Assembly (NCBI GenBank): GCA_963761335.1
Contig: CAVXGR010000005.1
Span: forward strand, 128,001 to 192,000
From: an uncultured delta proteobacterium
GTDB lineage: Bacteria; Desulfobacterota; Binatia; HRBIN30; BPIQ01
Reading direction: 5' to 3'
DNA: 64,000 nucleotides
Both the position numbers and the translations under genes were made by a program. Positions 33,448-42,866 of the stretch are shown one piece after another; the first letter of the stretch is position 1; each line of letters opens with the position of its first letter. The notes under the pieces are model-generated. The model was not told the origin of the DNA, made no database searches, and was given only the letters and a program-made list of their open reading frames with translations.

Positions 33448-33514
33448 CCTGTTTGACGCACCAGGCGACACGCTGTGATTGACACCGAGCTCACCCCTGT
33501 GGTTGACGAGCAGC

Positions 33515-35437
33515 ATGCGCACAGGCCGAGTCCTATTGACGGCGCTCGCCGTCGCCGTGCTGATCGGTGTGGGCGGATGCGGAGGCGACGGCGGCAGCGG
33601 GGTTGTCTCCCCGAGCGGCGAGTGGCGGATGTTTGGGCGCACTGTCGAGCGGCAGTCGTTCAATGCCGACGAGACACAGATCAACCGCGACACCGTCGGC
33701 CGGCTGGTGCCGCGCTGGCGCTTTCTCACCGGCGCCATCGTCACCGCGGCGCCCGTGGTCGCCGATGTCGACATCGCCGGCGAGGGCCGGGTGCGCGCCG
33801 TCTTCATCGCCTCCTGGGACCGCAACTTCTACGCCCTGCGCGCCTCCGACGGCAGCCTCGTCTGGAGCTATCGTTTTGCCACCGACCCGGGATCCGATTT
33901 CGTCCAGGGCGCCTCGGCGGCCGTCGAGGACGTCGGCGGGCGCCGCCGGGTATTCGTCGCCAGTGGCGAGACCATGCACGCCCTCGACGCCGCCACGGGC
34001 GAGCTGCTGTGGCAGTTCACCGCCGGCACCGGCTGCACCAGCTGCGATCGCGAAACCGAGCGCAACGAGATTCTGTCGCCGCCGGTCGTGTACCGGGACA
34101 CCGTCTACTTCGGCATGGACGTCAACGAGATGGATTCCGGGAAGGGCGGCTTCTTCGCGGTCGACGCGCGCAGCGGCGATCTGCGCTGGTACTTCGATCT
34201 GCAGACCGGGGCGACCTGCCGGCCAGACACGGGCGATTCGGTGCATCGCTTCGACGGCTTTCACTCGGCCGACAGCCTCGGCCTGCCCGCCGACTTCTTC
34301 GCCACGCGCTCGGGTTGCGGCTTCGAGCGGCAGGGCGACGGCTGTGGCAGCGTTTACGGCGGCGCCGCCATCGACGTCGAGCGCGGCCTTCTCTACGCCG
34401 CCTCGAACAACTGCGACGGCGCCATCGGGGCACCGGCGCCGCGCTTTGACGAGGCGATCTTCGCTCTGACGCTGGACGGCACGCCGGTGTGGTCCTGGCG
34501 GCCGCGGGAGCTCGATCCGGCCGATCTCGATTTCGGCTCGACGCCGAACCTCTTCCGCGTCGAGATCGGCGGCGCCCGGCGCGACGTCGTCGGCATCGGC
34601 GCTAAGGACGGCACCTACTACCTCCTCGATCGAGACGGGGTGAACCCGCTCACCGGTGTCGTGGAGCCGTACTGGACCCGCAACGTGGTTCCGGGAGGGG
34701 CGGCGGGCGGCATCATCGCCAGCAGCGCCGTGGCCGGGGGCGGCGTGTTCTTCAGCACTGCCTTCGGCGGCGACGAGAACGGCCCGAGTGACTATCAGCG
34801 TCCTGCCGCCTGGGGGCTGAGCGCCGCCGACGGCAGCGTCCGCTGGAGCGATGCGGCGGCGCTGGCCAGCTTCTCGCCGACCAGCGCCGTTCCCGGCGTC
34901 GTCTTCATGGGATCGTTCAGCGGCACCCTGTACGCGCGCGACGCGGACACCGGCGAGGTGCTGGCCCAGCTGAGCGCCGGCAGCCCGCTCTACTCGCAGG
35001 CCGTGGTCGCCGACGGGCAGCTGTACGTCGGCGCCGGCAGCGGCACCCGCGAGGACGCCCCGGAAGACATTTCCTACGTCGTGTCGCTGATTCCGAGCCC
35101 GATATCGGCGTTCTGCATTTCCGGCACCGACGGCTGCCCCGAGTCGGGAGTCTGTATCGACGCCAATCCCTGTACCGCGGACGAACGCGACGCGGACGGG
35201 GGCTGCCACAACCCATCGCTTGCCGACGGCACCAGCTGCAGCGTCGGCGCTCTCGGCGGTCAGTGCCGCGGCGGAACCTGTGACCTGCCCGAGCTCGACT
35301 GTGACGACCACAACCAGTGCACCGCCGATGCGCGCAAGGCCGATGCCTGCACGTATCAGTCGCGTCCGGCCGGCACCCCGTGCACCGTCGGTGACCGCCA
35401 GGGCGCCTGCACGGGCGGCGTTTGCCTCCTGGATTAG
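33515..35437 (+). CDS. PQQ-type beta-propeller lipoprotein (PVA-dehydrogenase-like) with C-terminal Cys-rich repeats
   Basis: Lipobox GVGGC; WRMFG; ALDAATGELLW repeats; DLDFGSTPNL and GAKDG; C-terminal CIDANPCTAD and CDDHNQCTAD repeats. Confidence 0.85.
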   Translation: MRTGRVLLTALAVAVLIGVGGCGGDGGSGVVSPSGEWRMFGRTVERQSFNADETQINRDTVGRLVPRWRFLTGAIVTAAPVVADVDIAGEGRVRAVFIASWDRNFYALRASDGSLVWSYRFATDPGSDFVQGASAAVEDVGGRRRVFVASGETMHALDAATGELLWQFTAGTGCTSCDRETERNEILSPPVVYRDTVYFGMDVNEMDSGKGGFFAVDARSGDLRWYFDLQTGATCRPDTGDSVHRFDGFHSADSLGLPADFFATRSGCGFERQGDGCGSVYGGAAIDVERGLLYAASNNCDGAIGAPAPRFDEAIFALTLDGTPVWSWRPRELDPADLDFGSTPNLFRVEIGGARRDVVGIGAKDGTYYLLDRDGVNPLTGVVEPYWTRNVVPGGAAGGIIASSAVAGGGVFFSTAFGGDENGPSDYQRPAAWGLSAADGSVRWSDAAALASFSPTSAVPGVVFMGSFSGTLYARDADTGEVLAQLSAGSPLYSQAVVADGQLYVGAGSGTREDAPEDISYVVSLIPSPISAFCISGTDGCPESGVCIDANPCTADERDADGGCHNPSLADGTSCSVGALGGQCRGGTCDLPELDCDDHNQCTADARKADACTYQSRPAGTPCTVGDRQGACTGGVCLLD

Positions 35438-36909
35438 TTCCCGGCGAGAGGAAGAGGGCCGCTGAGCTTCGGATGATGGCGGCGCATCCGGCTCACGACC
35501 TCGGTGTACGCCACGTCGTTCAGGCGAAACGGCGGCGGTGCCGAGTCGAGGCTGGCGTGAAAGCGCATCAGCTGCAGATAGCGGCGCATCAGCTCGGGTA
35601 GGAGAAAATTGCGGCGGACGTGCTCCCGGCCGCGGCGGCCGCGGGCGGCGGCGTCTTCCGGGTCGTCGAGAGCCGCCGCCATGGAGGCGGCGATGCCGGA
35701 GGTGTCCATCGGCTCGAGCAGCCAGCCGGTCTCGCCGTCGATGACCTGGCGCACGATGCCGCCGACGCGAGAGCCGATGACCGGGACTCCCTGCCACATC
35801 GCCTCGGAGACCACCAGTCCGAAGCCCTCGCGAGTGGAGACGTGCACGAAGGCGCGCGCCAGACGCATGAGCGCGCCGACGACGCGGTCGTTGTCCGCTT
35901 CGTTCACCCAGAAGCGCACGCTGTCGTCGTCGCCGGCGCGGGCGCGCAGCGCCGCCAGCATGGTCTCTCCCTCGGGGTCGTCGGAAGCGGTGTTGCCGAG
36001 AAAGATGAGATACGGGTCGGCAGGGTAGCGGCGCTGGCGCCGCAGCTGGTGGAAGGCATCGATGATGGCCGCCTGGTTCTTGTGGATGTCGTAGCGCGAG
36101 ATCGCCGCGAAGATCGGCCGCTCCGGATCGATGCCGTCGCGGCGGAAGAGCGGCGCCAGCGCCTCGATCGCCTCGGCGTGGGTGCGCTGGCGGTTCTTCT
36201 CGGCGAGCGGATCGATGGCAGGGGTGATCTGGTAGAGAGGCACGTGCAGGCCCGGGCCGACGAACTCCGGCATGGTGAAGATGGCGCCGGCGCAGTGGTT
36301 GATGTACGGCAGCAGAAAACGCCAGATCACCGGGCTGGGCGCCGAGGTGTCGATGTGGCACCGCCAGAGGACGTTGCCGAAGAGCACGCCGCTCATGATC
36401 AGCGCCGCTGGCTGCGGGTCGTGCACCACCACCAGGTCGGCGTTGATCCCCGAGATGCCGCGCGAAGTGCTGTCGATGGTGCCGAGGTAGGAGTCGAAGA
36501 TCTCCTCGATCGAGATCGGCAGGTCCATGCCCTGGAGCATGCTGTGAAACTTCTTGGTGACGCTGAAGAAGCCGTCGTGGCTCTGGATGGCGTACCAGCG
36601 CGCGTCGATGCCCAGCCCGTGCGCCAGGCGCAAGGCGCTGCGCAGGATCTCGGCGACGCCACCGCCGGTGAAGGTCGAGTTGACGTTCGCCCAGGTGCGC
36701 CCGGCGACCGAGTCCGCCAGGCGGCGGAGCTCGTCCACACCCTCGCGGCCGATGAAGGGTGCGTATGACTCGGGGGCCAGAGGCGCCTCGGCCACGTACT
36801 CGCAGAGCCGGCTCCCCGGGGTGCCGTCGCCGGCGTGGCCGTTCATTGCGGCGTGGCCGTTGCCGTTCCCGTTACCGCCTCCGGCCAGCTCGATGCCGTT
36901 GCGTGCCAT
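35434..36909 (-). CDS. treT: Trehalose glycosyltransferring synthase (GT4)
   Basis: NVNSTFTGGGVAEIL, HDPQP, WRCHID, PAIDPL and REGFGLVVSEAMW motifs. Confidence 0.85.
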   Translation of the reverse strand: MARNGIELAGGGNGNGNGHAAMNGHAGDGTPGSRLCEYVAEAPLAPESYAPFIGREGVDELRRLADSVAGRTWANVNSTFTGGGVAEILRSALRLAHGLGIDARWYAIQSHDGFFSVTKKFHSMLQGMDLPISIEEIFDSYLGTIDSTSRGISGINADLVVVHDPQPAALIMSGVLFGNVLWRCHIDTSAPSPVIWRFLLPYINHCAGAIFTMPEFVGPGLHVPLYQITPAIDPLAEKNRQRTHAEAIEALAPLFRRDGIDPERPIFAAISRYDIHKNQAAIIDAFHQLRRQRRYPADPYLIFLGNTASDDPEGETMLAALRARAGDDDSVRFWVNEADNDRVVGALMRLARAFVHVSTREGFGLVVSEAMWQGVPVIGSRVGGIVRQVIDGETGWLLEPMDTSGIAASMAAALDDPEDAAARGRRGREHVRRNFLLPELMRRYLQLMRFHASLDSAPPPFRLNDVAYTEVVSRMRRHHPKLSGPLPLAGN

Positions 36910-37184
36910 CAGTACAGGCGATCCAGCACGCCACATGCCAGGAGGGCCATGTAGCCGGGACAGTCGAAGAATGGCGGCCGAATGCAGCGGTCGCGGTGCT
37001 TGCTTGGCGCTACGGGTCCTATCATCGCACCTTGGCGCCGCGCCTTCCCCCCCCGGAAATTCGCGGCGATGCTTCAGGGTCACCGTTTGAGCGGCGTTTC
37101 TCAAGCGAAAAGTAAAGGCCGCGGCGCGCCGGCGATTCCGGTGCTTCGTGATCGCGGCGCCGGGTTGCTAGGATACGGCCGGAC

Positions 37185-38096
37185 ATGAAACCGCCTGCCT
37201 TCTCCCTCCGCCAGCTGCAGTACGCCGTCGCCGTCGCCGAGGCGCGCAGCTTCCGGCGCGCCGCCGAGAGCTGCCACGTCTCGCAGCCGTCGCTGAGCGC
37301 CCAGCTCGCCCAGCTGGAGCAGGCGCTCGGCGTGCGGCTCTTCGAGCGCGACCGCCGCCGGGTGCTGCTCACGCGTGCCGGCGAGGATCTGATCGCCCGC
37401 GCCCGGGAGGTTCTGCGCGAGGTGGACGACCTGACGGCGGCAGCGACCCGGCTGGGCGATCCGCTCACCGGAACGCTGCGCATCGGCGTCGTTCCCACCG
37501 TCTCGCCCTACCTGCTGCCGGAAATCGTTCCGGCGCTGCGCCGCCACCACCCGCGCCTCACCGTGCTGTGGAACGAGGAGAAGACCGAGGCGATCCTCGA
37601 CGACCTCGGCGCCGGGCGTCTCGAGGCGGCGATCATGGCCGTGGTCGCCGGCATGAGCGATTTCGATCAGGAGGTCATCGGCGAGGACGAGTTCGTGCTC
37701 GCCGGTCCGCGCCAGCATCCACTGCTGCGCGCCAGGCGCGCGGCGCGGCTCGCCGATCTCGACGGGCAGCGACTCCTCCTGCTCGAGGACGGGCACTGCT
37801 TCCGCGACCAGGCTCTGGCTCTGTGCAGCCAGGCGAACGCCCGCGAGGCCGACTTTCGCGCCACCAGTCTGTCGACCCTGGCGCAGATGGTCGCCGGTGG
37901 CGCCGGCGTGACCCTGCTGCCGGAGATGTCGCTCGACGTCGAGAATCGGGGGGGCGATCTCGCCCTGCGCCGCTTTGCCGCACCGGCACCGCGCCGCACC
38001 ATTGTGCTGGCCTGGCGCAGGCGCTCTCCGTTTGCCGCCGGGCTCCGGGAGCTGGCGGCCACCATGCGCAAGGCCTACCCGCGGCGAAAGAAGTAG
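37185..38096 (+). CDS. oxyR: LysR-family peroxide-sensing regulator OxyR
   Basis: HTH with VSQPSLS; LLLEDGHCFRDQALALC carrying both redox Cys; FRATSL. Confidence 0.88.
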   Translation: MKPPAFSLRQLQYAVAVAEARSFRRAAESCHVSQPSLSAQLAQLEQALGVRLFERDRRRVLLTRAGEDLIARAREVLREVDDLTAAATRLGDPLTGTLRIGVVPTVSPYLLPEIVPALRRHHPRLTVLWNEEKTEAILDDLGAGRLEAAIMAVVAGMSDFDQEVIGEDEFVLAGPRQHPLLRARRAARLADLDGQRLLLLEDGHCFRDQALALCSQANAREADFRATSLSTLAQMVAGGAGVTLLPEMSLDVENRGGDLALRRFAAPAPRRTIVLAWRRRSPFAAGLRELAATMRKAYPRRKK

Positions 38097-38109
38097 GGGG
38101 CGCGACGCC

Positions 38110-40200
38110 TCAGGCCGCGGAGCGGCGCTGGGATTCGGAGGCGACTGGTAGCACCAGCGTGAAGGTGCTGCCCCGGCCGACCTCGCTGTCGAGCTCCACG
38201 GCTCCCCCGTGTGCTTCGGCGATCGAGCGCGCGATGTGCAGGCCGAGCCCAGTGCCCTCGACACTGCCGGCGGAGCGCGTGCGCGCGTACTTCTCGAAGA
38301 GCAGGGTGCGGTCCTCCGGCGAAATGCCCATGCCGGTGTCGCGCACGGCGATGGCGAGCTGCTGTTCGTCCGCCGTGGCGGTGACCTCGACGCATCCGCC
38401 GCCACCGGTGAACTTGACCGCATTGGAGACGAGATTGCTGATAGCCCGCGCCAGCAGCTCGGGATCGGCTTCGATCTCCGGGAGGTCGGGCGCGGCGCTC
38501 GCCTGCAGGCGGATGACTTTCTGCGACGCCGCCAGAGAAAACTGATCGACGACCTCCCGCAGCATCTCGTCGACCCGCACCGGCTCGAGGCGAGGCGTCA
38601 CCGGACGCGCCTCGACCGACGCCGAGTCGAGAATGCCGCCGACCAGGTCCAGAGCGCGCCTGCTGGCCTCCTGGATGCGCCGCGCCATGTCGGTCTGCTC
38701 TTCCTCGTCCACCTCGTGGATGAGGCAGGCGTAGGAGTACACCACCTGGAGGGGATTCTTGAGATCGTGAGAGAGGGAGCTCACCGCCTCGCCGCGGATC
38801 TCCTCGGCACGCCGGTGGAAGGCGCGCAGCTGGCGGACGGCGTAGGAAACCACCCAGGCCGCCAGCAGCAGGCAGGCGCTCACCAGAACGATGCCCGCGA
38901 CCTGGCTGTCGACGGAACGCGTGTAGGGGAAATAGTGGTCGAGGAGCCGGGTTTGCTCCGCCCAGATCAGAGCCGCATAGCTCAGAGCGCCGGCGGTCGC
39001 GGCGGCGAAGGCGGCGCGCTCGGCGAAGATCAGTCCGGTGACCCCAACGATGATCACGTAGAACATCGGGCCTGCGGTTGCCTCGATGCCGCCGCCCAGA
39101 TGGATGACGTAGGTGACGGCGAGGATGTCCGCCGCCATGGCGAGGGCGGCGATCCAACGCAGGTCGCGGCCGGTGCTGAGCGCCCCGATGGCGTTCGGCA
39201 CCAGGGCGAGGAAGAGCGCTGCGGTGCCGGCGGGCACGTATGCGCTCGGCACCACCAGCTGCTTGAGCAGCAGGAGCGCTGCCAGATTGAAGGCGATGAC
39301 GGCGCTGTGGAACAGGAAGATTCGCTGCAGTCCGGCGCGGCCGATGACGGTCGATTCGGCGGCGTCGAGGCGGGCCGGGCGCAGAGCTTCGAGCCGCGCG
39401 GTCTCGAGGACATTGTGCACCAGCTCGATGGCCTCGGCGGCGTGTTGGCGCACCGACAGGGCGGAATGCAGTCGTTGCGCGCCGTGACCCGATTCGATCC
39501 GGCGAGCCCACGCCAGACACTGCTCGAGCGGATGCTGGAGCAGGCGCGAGAGGCGGGCCACGGACTCGCGCCGATGAATCTCAGCCAGCTGGAAGCGGTC
39601 GCGCAGGTTGCGCACCGCGTAGGTCACCATGGCCGCGGCGATTGTCAATCCGAGGCTGACCATGATGACGACCACGCCCTGACGAATGGGCGAGCGCATG
39701 TAGGGGTAGAAATGGGGGAGCCATCCAGCGGTTTCGGCCCATGCCATGGTCGCGTACGAGACGGCCGCAACCGCGGCGATCACCCAGACGGCCGACTCGG
39801 AGAGAGTGATTCCGGCCAGTCCGATAATGACCACGTAGGCCATTGGACCGCTCACGATCTCCGTGCCGCCGCCGCGATGGATGCAGCCGGTGATGGCGAT
39901 GACGTCGAGGAGGAAGATCAGAAGCAGCACTCGCGGCGAGGCGGGTCGCGGCCACAGGGCGACGGCAGTGCTCGCCAGCAGACACGGCATGAGGCCGACG
40001 GTACCTGCCCAGGCGTTCATGGGCGGGAGTATCGTCTCCTGGATCACCCAGAAGGCGGCGATCAGCAGCAGCAGGGTCGCGGAGATGGCGGCGTGGATGG
40101 CGCGGATGTTCGCTGCCGGCAGCTCCAGGGAGCGCGGGTCGACACTCTCGTAGTCCGCCGAGTACAGGCGGCGCAGCCACTCCCCACGCACGCGAAGCAT
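38110..40200 (-). CDS. Membrane sensor histidine kinase with a tandemly duplicated TM+DHp module
   Basis: H-box LSHDLKNPL, N-box NLVSNAVKFT, G1 DTGMG and G2 GTGLGL; two homologous multi-TM blocks. Confidence 0.9.
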   Translation of the reverse strand: MLRVRGEWLRRLYSADYESVDPRSLELPAANIRAIHAAISATLLLLIAAFWVIQETILPPMNAWAGTVGLMPCLLASTAVALWPRPASPRVLLLIFLLDVIAITGCIHRGGGTEIVSGPMAYVVIIGLAGITLSESAVWVIAAVAAVSYATMAWAETAGWLPHFYPYMRSPIRQGVVVIMVSLGLTIAAAMVTYAVRNLRDRFQLAEIHRRESVARLSRLLQHPLEQCLAWARRIESGHGAQRLHSALSVRQHAAEAIELVHNVLETARLEALRPARLDAAESTVIGRAGLQRIFLFHSAVIAFNLAALLLLKQLVVPSAYVPAGTAALFLALVPNAIGALSTGRDLRWIAALAMAADILAVTYVIHLGGGIEATAGPMFYVIIVGVTGLIFAERAAFAAATAGALSYAALIWAEQTRLLDHYFPYTRSVDSQVAGIVLVSACLLLAAWVVSYAVRQLRAFHRRAEEIRGEAVSSLSHDLKNPLQVVYSYACLIHEVDEEEQTDMARRIQEASRRALDLVGGILDSASVEARPVTPRLEPVRVDEMLREVVDQFSLAASQKVIRLQASAAPDLPEIEADPELLARAISNLVSNAVKFTGGGGCVEVTATADEQQLAIAVRDTGMGISPEDRTLLFEKYARTRSAGSVEGTGLGLHIARSIAEAHGGAVELDSEVGRGSTFTLVLPVASESQRRSAA

Positions 40201-40324
40201 CGTCCCCTGGGAACAGCATGTGCCATGCCACGCCGGAGACGATTTCCAGACGAGCGCGACGTGACCAGAACGAGCGCTGGGCGTGCAGGGCTGTATAGGG
40301 GCCCGCGAGTCCTTTGACGCCCGC

Positions 40325-41173
40325 TCAGCCGCGGGCGCCAAAGTCGCGTCGCATGCGCTCCCCCATGCGCAGGTTGATCCATTCCACGGCCCATGGCGCC
40401 AAGCGCTTCAGGAAGTACATGGCCCAGGCTTCGGGGGAGACCGGCGCCACGGCGCGGTTGCGCCGGATCGCCTTGAGGATGTTGTCGGCGACGCGCTCGG
40501 GAGTGTAGTTGCGGCGCTCGTAGAGGCGCACCATCTGCTCCCGCGCCTGCTCGGTTGCCGCCGGGCCGCGCAGGGGCGAGGTGCGGGTGATCGCCGTGTT
40601 GATGATTCCGGGGCACACGGCGGTGACGCCGATGCGATGCCGACGGAGCTCCTGGCGCAGCGCCTCGCTGAAGCCGAGCACCGCGAACTTGGTGGTCGAG
40701 TAGGCGAGCAGCGCTTCCGTGGCGACGTAGCCGGCGGCCGAGGAGATGTTGACGACGTGCCCGCCGCGATGGCGCTCGATCATGCGCGGCACGAAGAAGT
40801 GACAGCCGTGCACCACGCCCATGAGGTTGATGCCGATGATCCAGTCCCAGTCCTCGAGCGAGGTGTCGAGCAGGCCGGCGCCCAGTCCGACGCCGGCGTT
40901 GTTCACCAGAATGTCGAGCGCCTCGATCTTCTCGTGCACGGCCGCGGCAAGCGCCTCCATCTGCTTGCGGTCGGAGACGTCCACCGGGCGCGCCAGCACC
41001 TCGCGGCCGAGGGCGCGGATCTGCTGCTCGGTGGCGGCGAGCCCATCTTGGTTGCGGTCGCAGATGACCGCGTTCGCCCCGCGGCGCGCCAGGGCGAGCG
41101 CCGTTGCCTTGCCGATGCCGCTCGCTGCGCCGGTCACCAGAAACGTCTTTCCCGCCAGATTCGCGATGTCCAT
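40325..41173 (-). CDS. Short-chain dehydrogenase/reductase
   Basis: TGAASGIG, NNAG and YSTTK motifs. Confidence 0.93.
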   Translation of the reverse strand: MDIANLAGKTFLVTGAASGIGKATALALARRGANAVICDRNQDGLAATEQQIRALGREVLARPVDVSDRKQMEALAAAVHEKIEALDILVNNAGVGLGAGLLDTSLEDWDWIIGINLMGVVHGCHFFVPRMIERHRGGHVVNISSAAGYVATEALLAYSTTKFAVLGFSEALRQELRRHRIGVTAVCPGIINTAITRTSPLRGPAATEQAREQMVRLYERRNYTPERVADNILKAIRRNRAVAPVSPEAWAMYFLKRLAPWAVEWINLRMGERMRRDFGARG

Positions 41174-41258
41174 GCGGTCCTGCTACTACGGCCGTCGAGG
41201 GCAGGGAAGAGTGCGGTTGAAAGTCACGGGAGGCCCGGTCATGCTGCGGCCGATGATT

Positions 41259-41825
41259 ATGGCACGCACCGCGGCGGTGTCGGCGTTGCTGTCGGTCGCC
41301 GTTCTCTCGGCAGGCTGCTCTGCACGTCGTTCTCCCGCTGCGTCGCCCGCAAGCGCCGTCGCCGGTCCGCGCATCATCATCGGCTCGGTGCGGGGGACGC
41401 CGATGAGCGCGGTTCGCGTGCCGATCTCGCTCGCGAGCGGCGGCGTTGAGGCGATCGTCGTCGGTCCTCTCGAGCTCGCCTACCCGCCGGCCGCTCTGAA
41501 GTTTCTGGGCTGCTCGCGCGCCGTGCCTCCCGAGTTTCGGGTGGACTCGGTGTCGCTCCACCCCGGCAGTGTGCGGCTCATCGTCGATTCGGTGGAAAAC
41601 CGGGTCATCCCCGACGGGCCTCTGGCAACCTGTTTGTTCGCCATCGCGCCGCAGGCGCCGCGCGGCCCGGCACCTCTGACCTTTCAGGGGAGCGGCATGA
41701 GTGACGTCGAATTCCACGATCTCGACGTCCGTGGCGAGAACGGCGCCGTGCAGGTCGTCCTGCCCTCGGAGCTGCGCCCGGGAGCCGCGCCGGCGGCGCC
41801 GCCGGCGCCGTTCCATCATCCATGA
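41259..41825 (+). CDS. Cohesin-like domain lipoprotein
   Basis: Lipobox LSAGC; beta-rich pattern VRVPISL...LAYPP...VRLIV...IPDGPLATCLFAI...GAVQV. Confidence 0.65.
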   Translation: MARTAAVSALLSVAVLSAGCSARRSPAASPASAVAGPRIIIGSVRGTPMSAVRVPISLASGGVEAIVVGPLELAYPPAALKFLGCSRAVPPEFRVDSVSLHPGSVRLIVDSVENRVIPDGPLATCLFAIAPQAPRGPAPLTFQGSGMSDVEFHDLDVRGENGAVQVVLPSELRPGAAPAAPPAPFHHP

Positions 41826-42667
41826 AGACGCTGGTACTCGGCGGCAGTGGGCTCGTCGGGGCGCAGCTGATGAAGACGCTCGCGGCGTGCGGCGATGAGG
41901 TGCGCGGTACCTGGTGCAGCCGGGCGACGCCGGGGCTCGAGCAGCTCGACCTGAGAGACGCTGAGGCGGTGCGCCGCTGCATTGCCGACTCCGGCGCCTC
42001 GGTGGTCTACCTCGCGGCGGCGCTCACCAACGTCGACCGTTGCGAGACGCATCCGCAGGAGAGCTTCGCCGTCAACGTGGAGGGGACCCGGGTCGCCGCA
42101 GCCTCTGGCGTGCGCCTGGTCTATTTCTCGTCGGACTACGTCTTCCCCGGCGATTCCGGGCCGTATCGCGAGTCGGACACGCCGCGTCCGCTCAATGTCT
42201 ACGGGCGCCACAAGCTCGCCGCGGAGCAGGCGTTGCCCGCCGATGCGCTGGTTGTGCGGACCACGGGCGTCTACGGGCCGGAAGGCGCCGGAAAGAACTT
42301 CGTCTACCGCGTGTGGAGCACGCTGCGGCGAGGCGAACGCCTGGCGGTGCCCAACGATCAGATCGCCAACCCGACCTACGCCCCCAATCTGGCCGCGGCC
42401 GCGGTCGAGCTGGAGCGGCGCGGCGCCCGCGGAACCTACCACCTCGCCGGTGGCGAGTGCGTCGATCGCTTCGGCTTCGCGCTCGAGATTGCGCGCGTCC
42501 TCGACCTCGACCCGACCCTGGTCCAGCCCGTGTCGACCGAGGCGCTCGGGCAGCCGGCGCCGCGGCCTCGCCTCGCCGGGCTGGTGTGCGACAAGGCCGC
42601 CGCCGAGCTGTCGACGGAGCTGATCGGCTATCGCCGCGGCCTTCTCCTCTTTCGCGCCGCGGCGTAG
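41822..42667 (+). CDS. rmlD: dTDP-4-dehydrorhamnose reductase family protein
   Basis: GGSGLVG, AALTNVDRCE, SSDYVF, PLNVYGRHK and DQIANPT motifs. Confidence 0.82.
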   Translation: MKTLVLGGSGLVGAQLMKTLAACGDEVRGTWCSRATPGLEQLDLRDAEAVRRCIADSGASVVYLAAALTNVDRCETHPQESFAVNVEGTRVAAASGVRLVYFSSDYVFPGDSGPYRESDTPRPLNVYGRHKLAAEQALPADALVVRTTGVYGPEGAGKNFVYRVWSTLRRGERLAVPNDQIANPTYAPNLAAAAVELERRGARGTYHLAGGECVDRFGFALEIARVLDLDPTLVQPVSTEALGQPAPRPRLAGLVCDKAAAELSTELIGYRRGLLLFRAAA

Positions 42668-42703
42668 CCCGGGAGCGCGGCCGCCAAGGGACATCGTTCT
42701 TTC

Positions 42704-42846
42704 TTCTCATTCTCATCTTCATTCTCATCCCGTCGTTTTCCATTGTTCTGAACGTTGCGGAGACTTTCGCGGCTGGCGCCAAGCCGCCGCAATGATGCGG
42801 CCGTCAAGACAATGGAAAACGACGGAACGAGAATGAGAATGAGAAT
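42704..42846. repeat. Palindromic intergenic repeat family A, copy 3
   Basis: (TTCTCA)n..CCGTCGTTTTCCATTG and CAATGGAAAACGACGG..(GAGAAT)n arms, between convergent genes. Confidence 0.85.
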
Positions 42847-42866
42847 GACGCAAGGGGATGGAGCTG

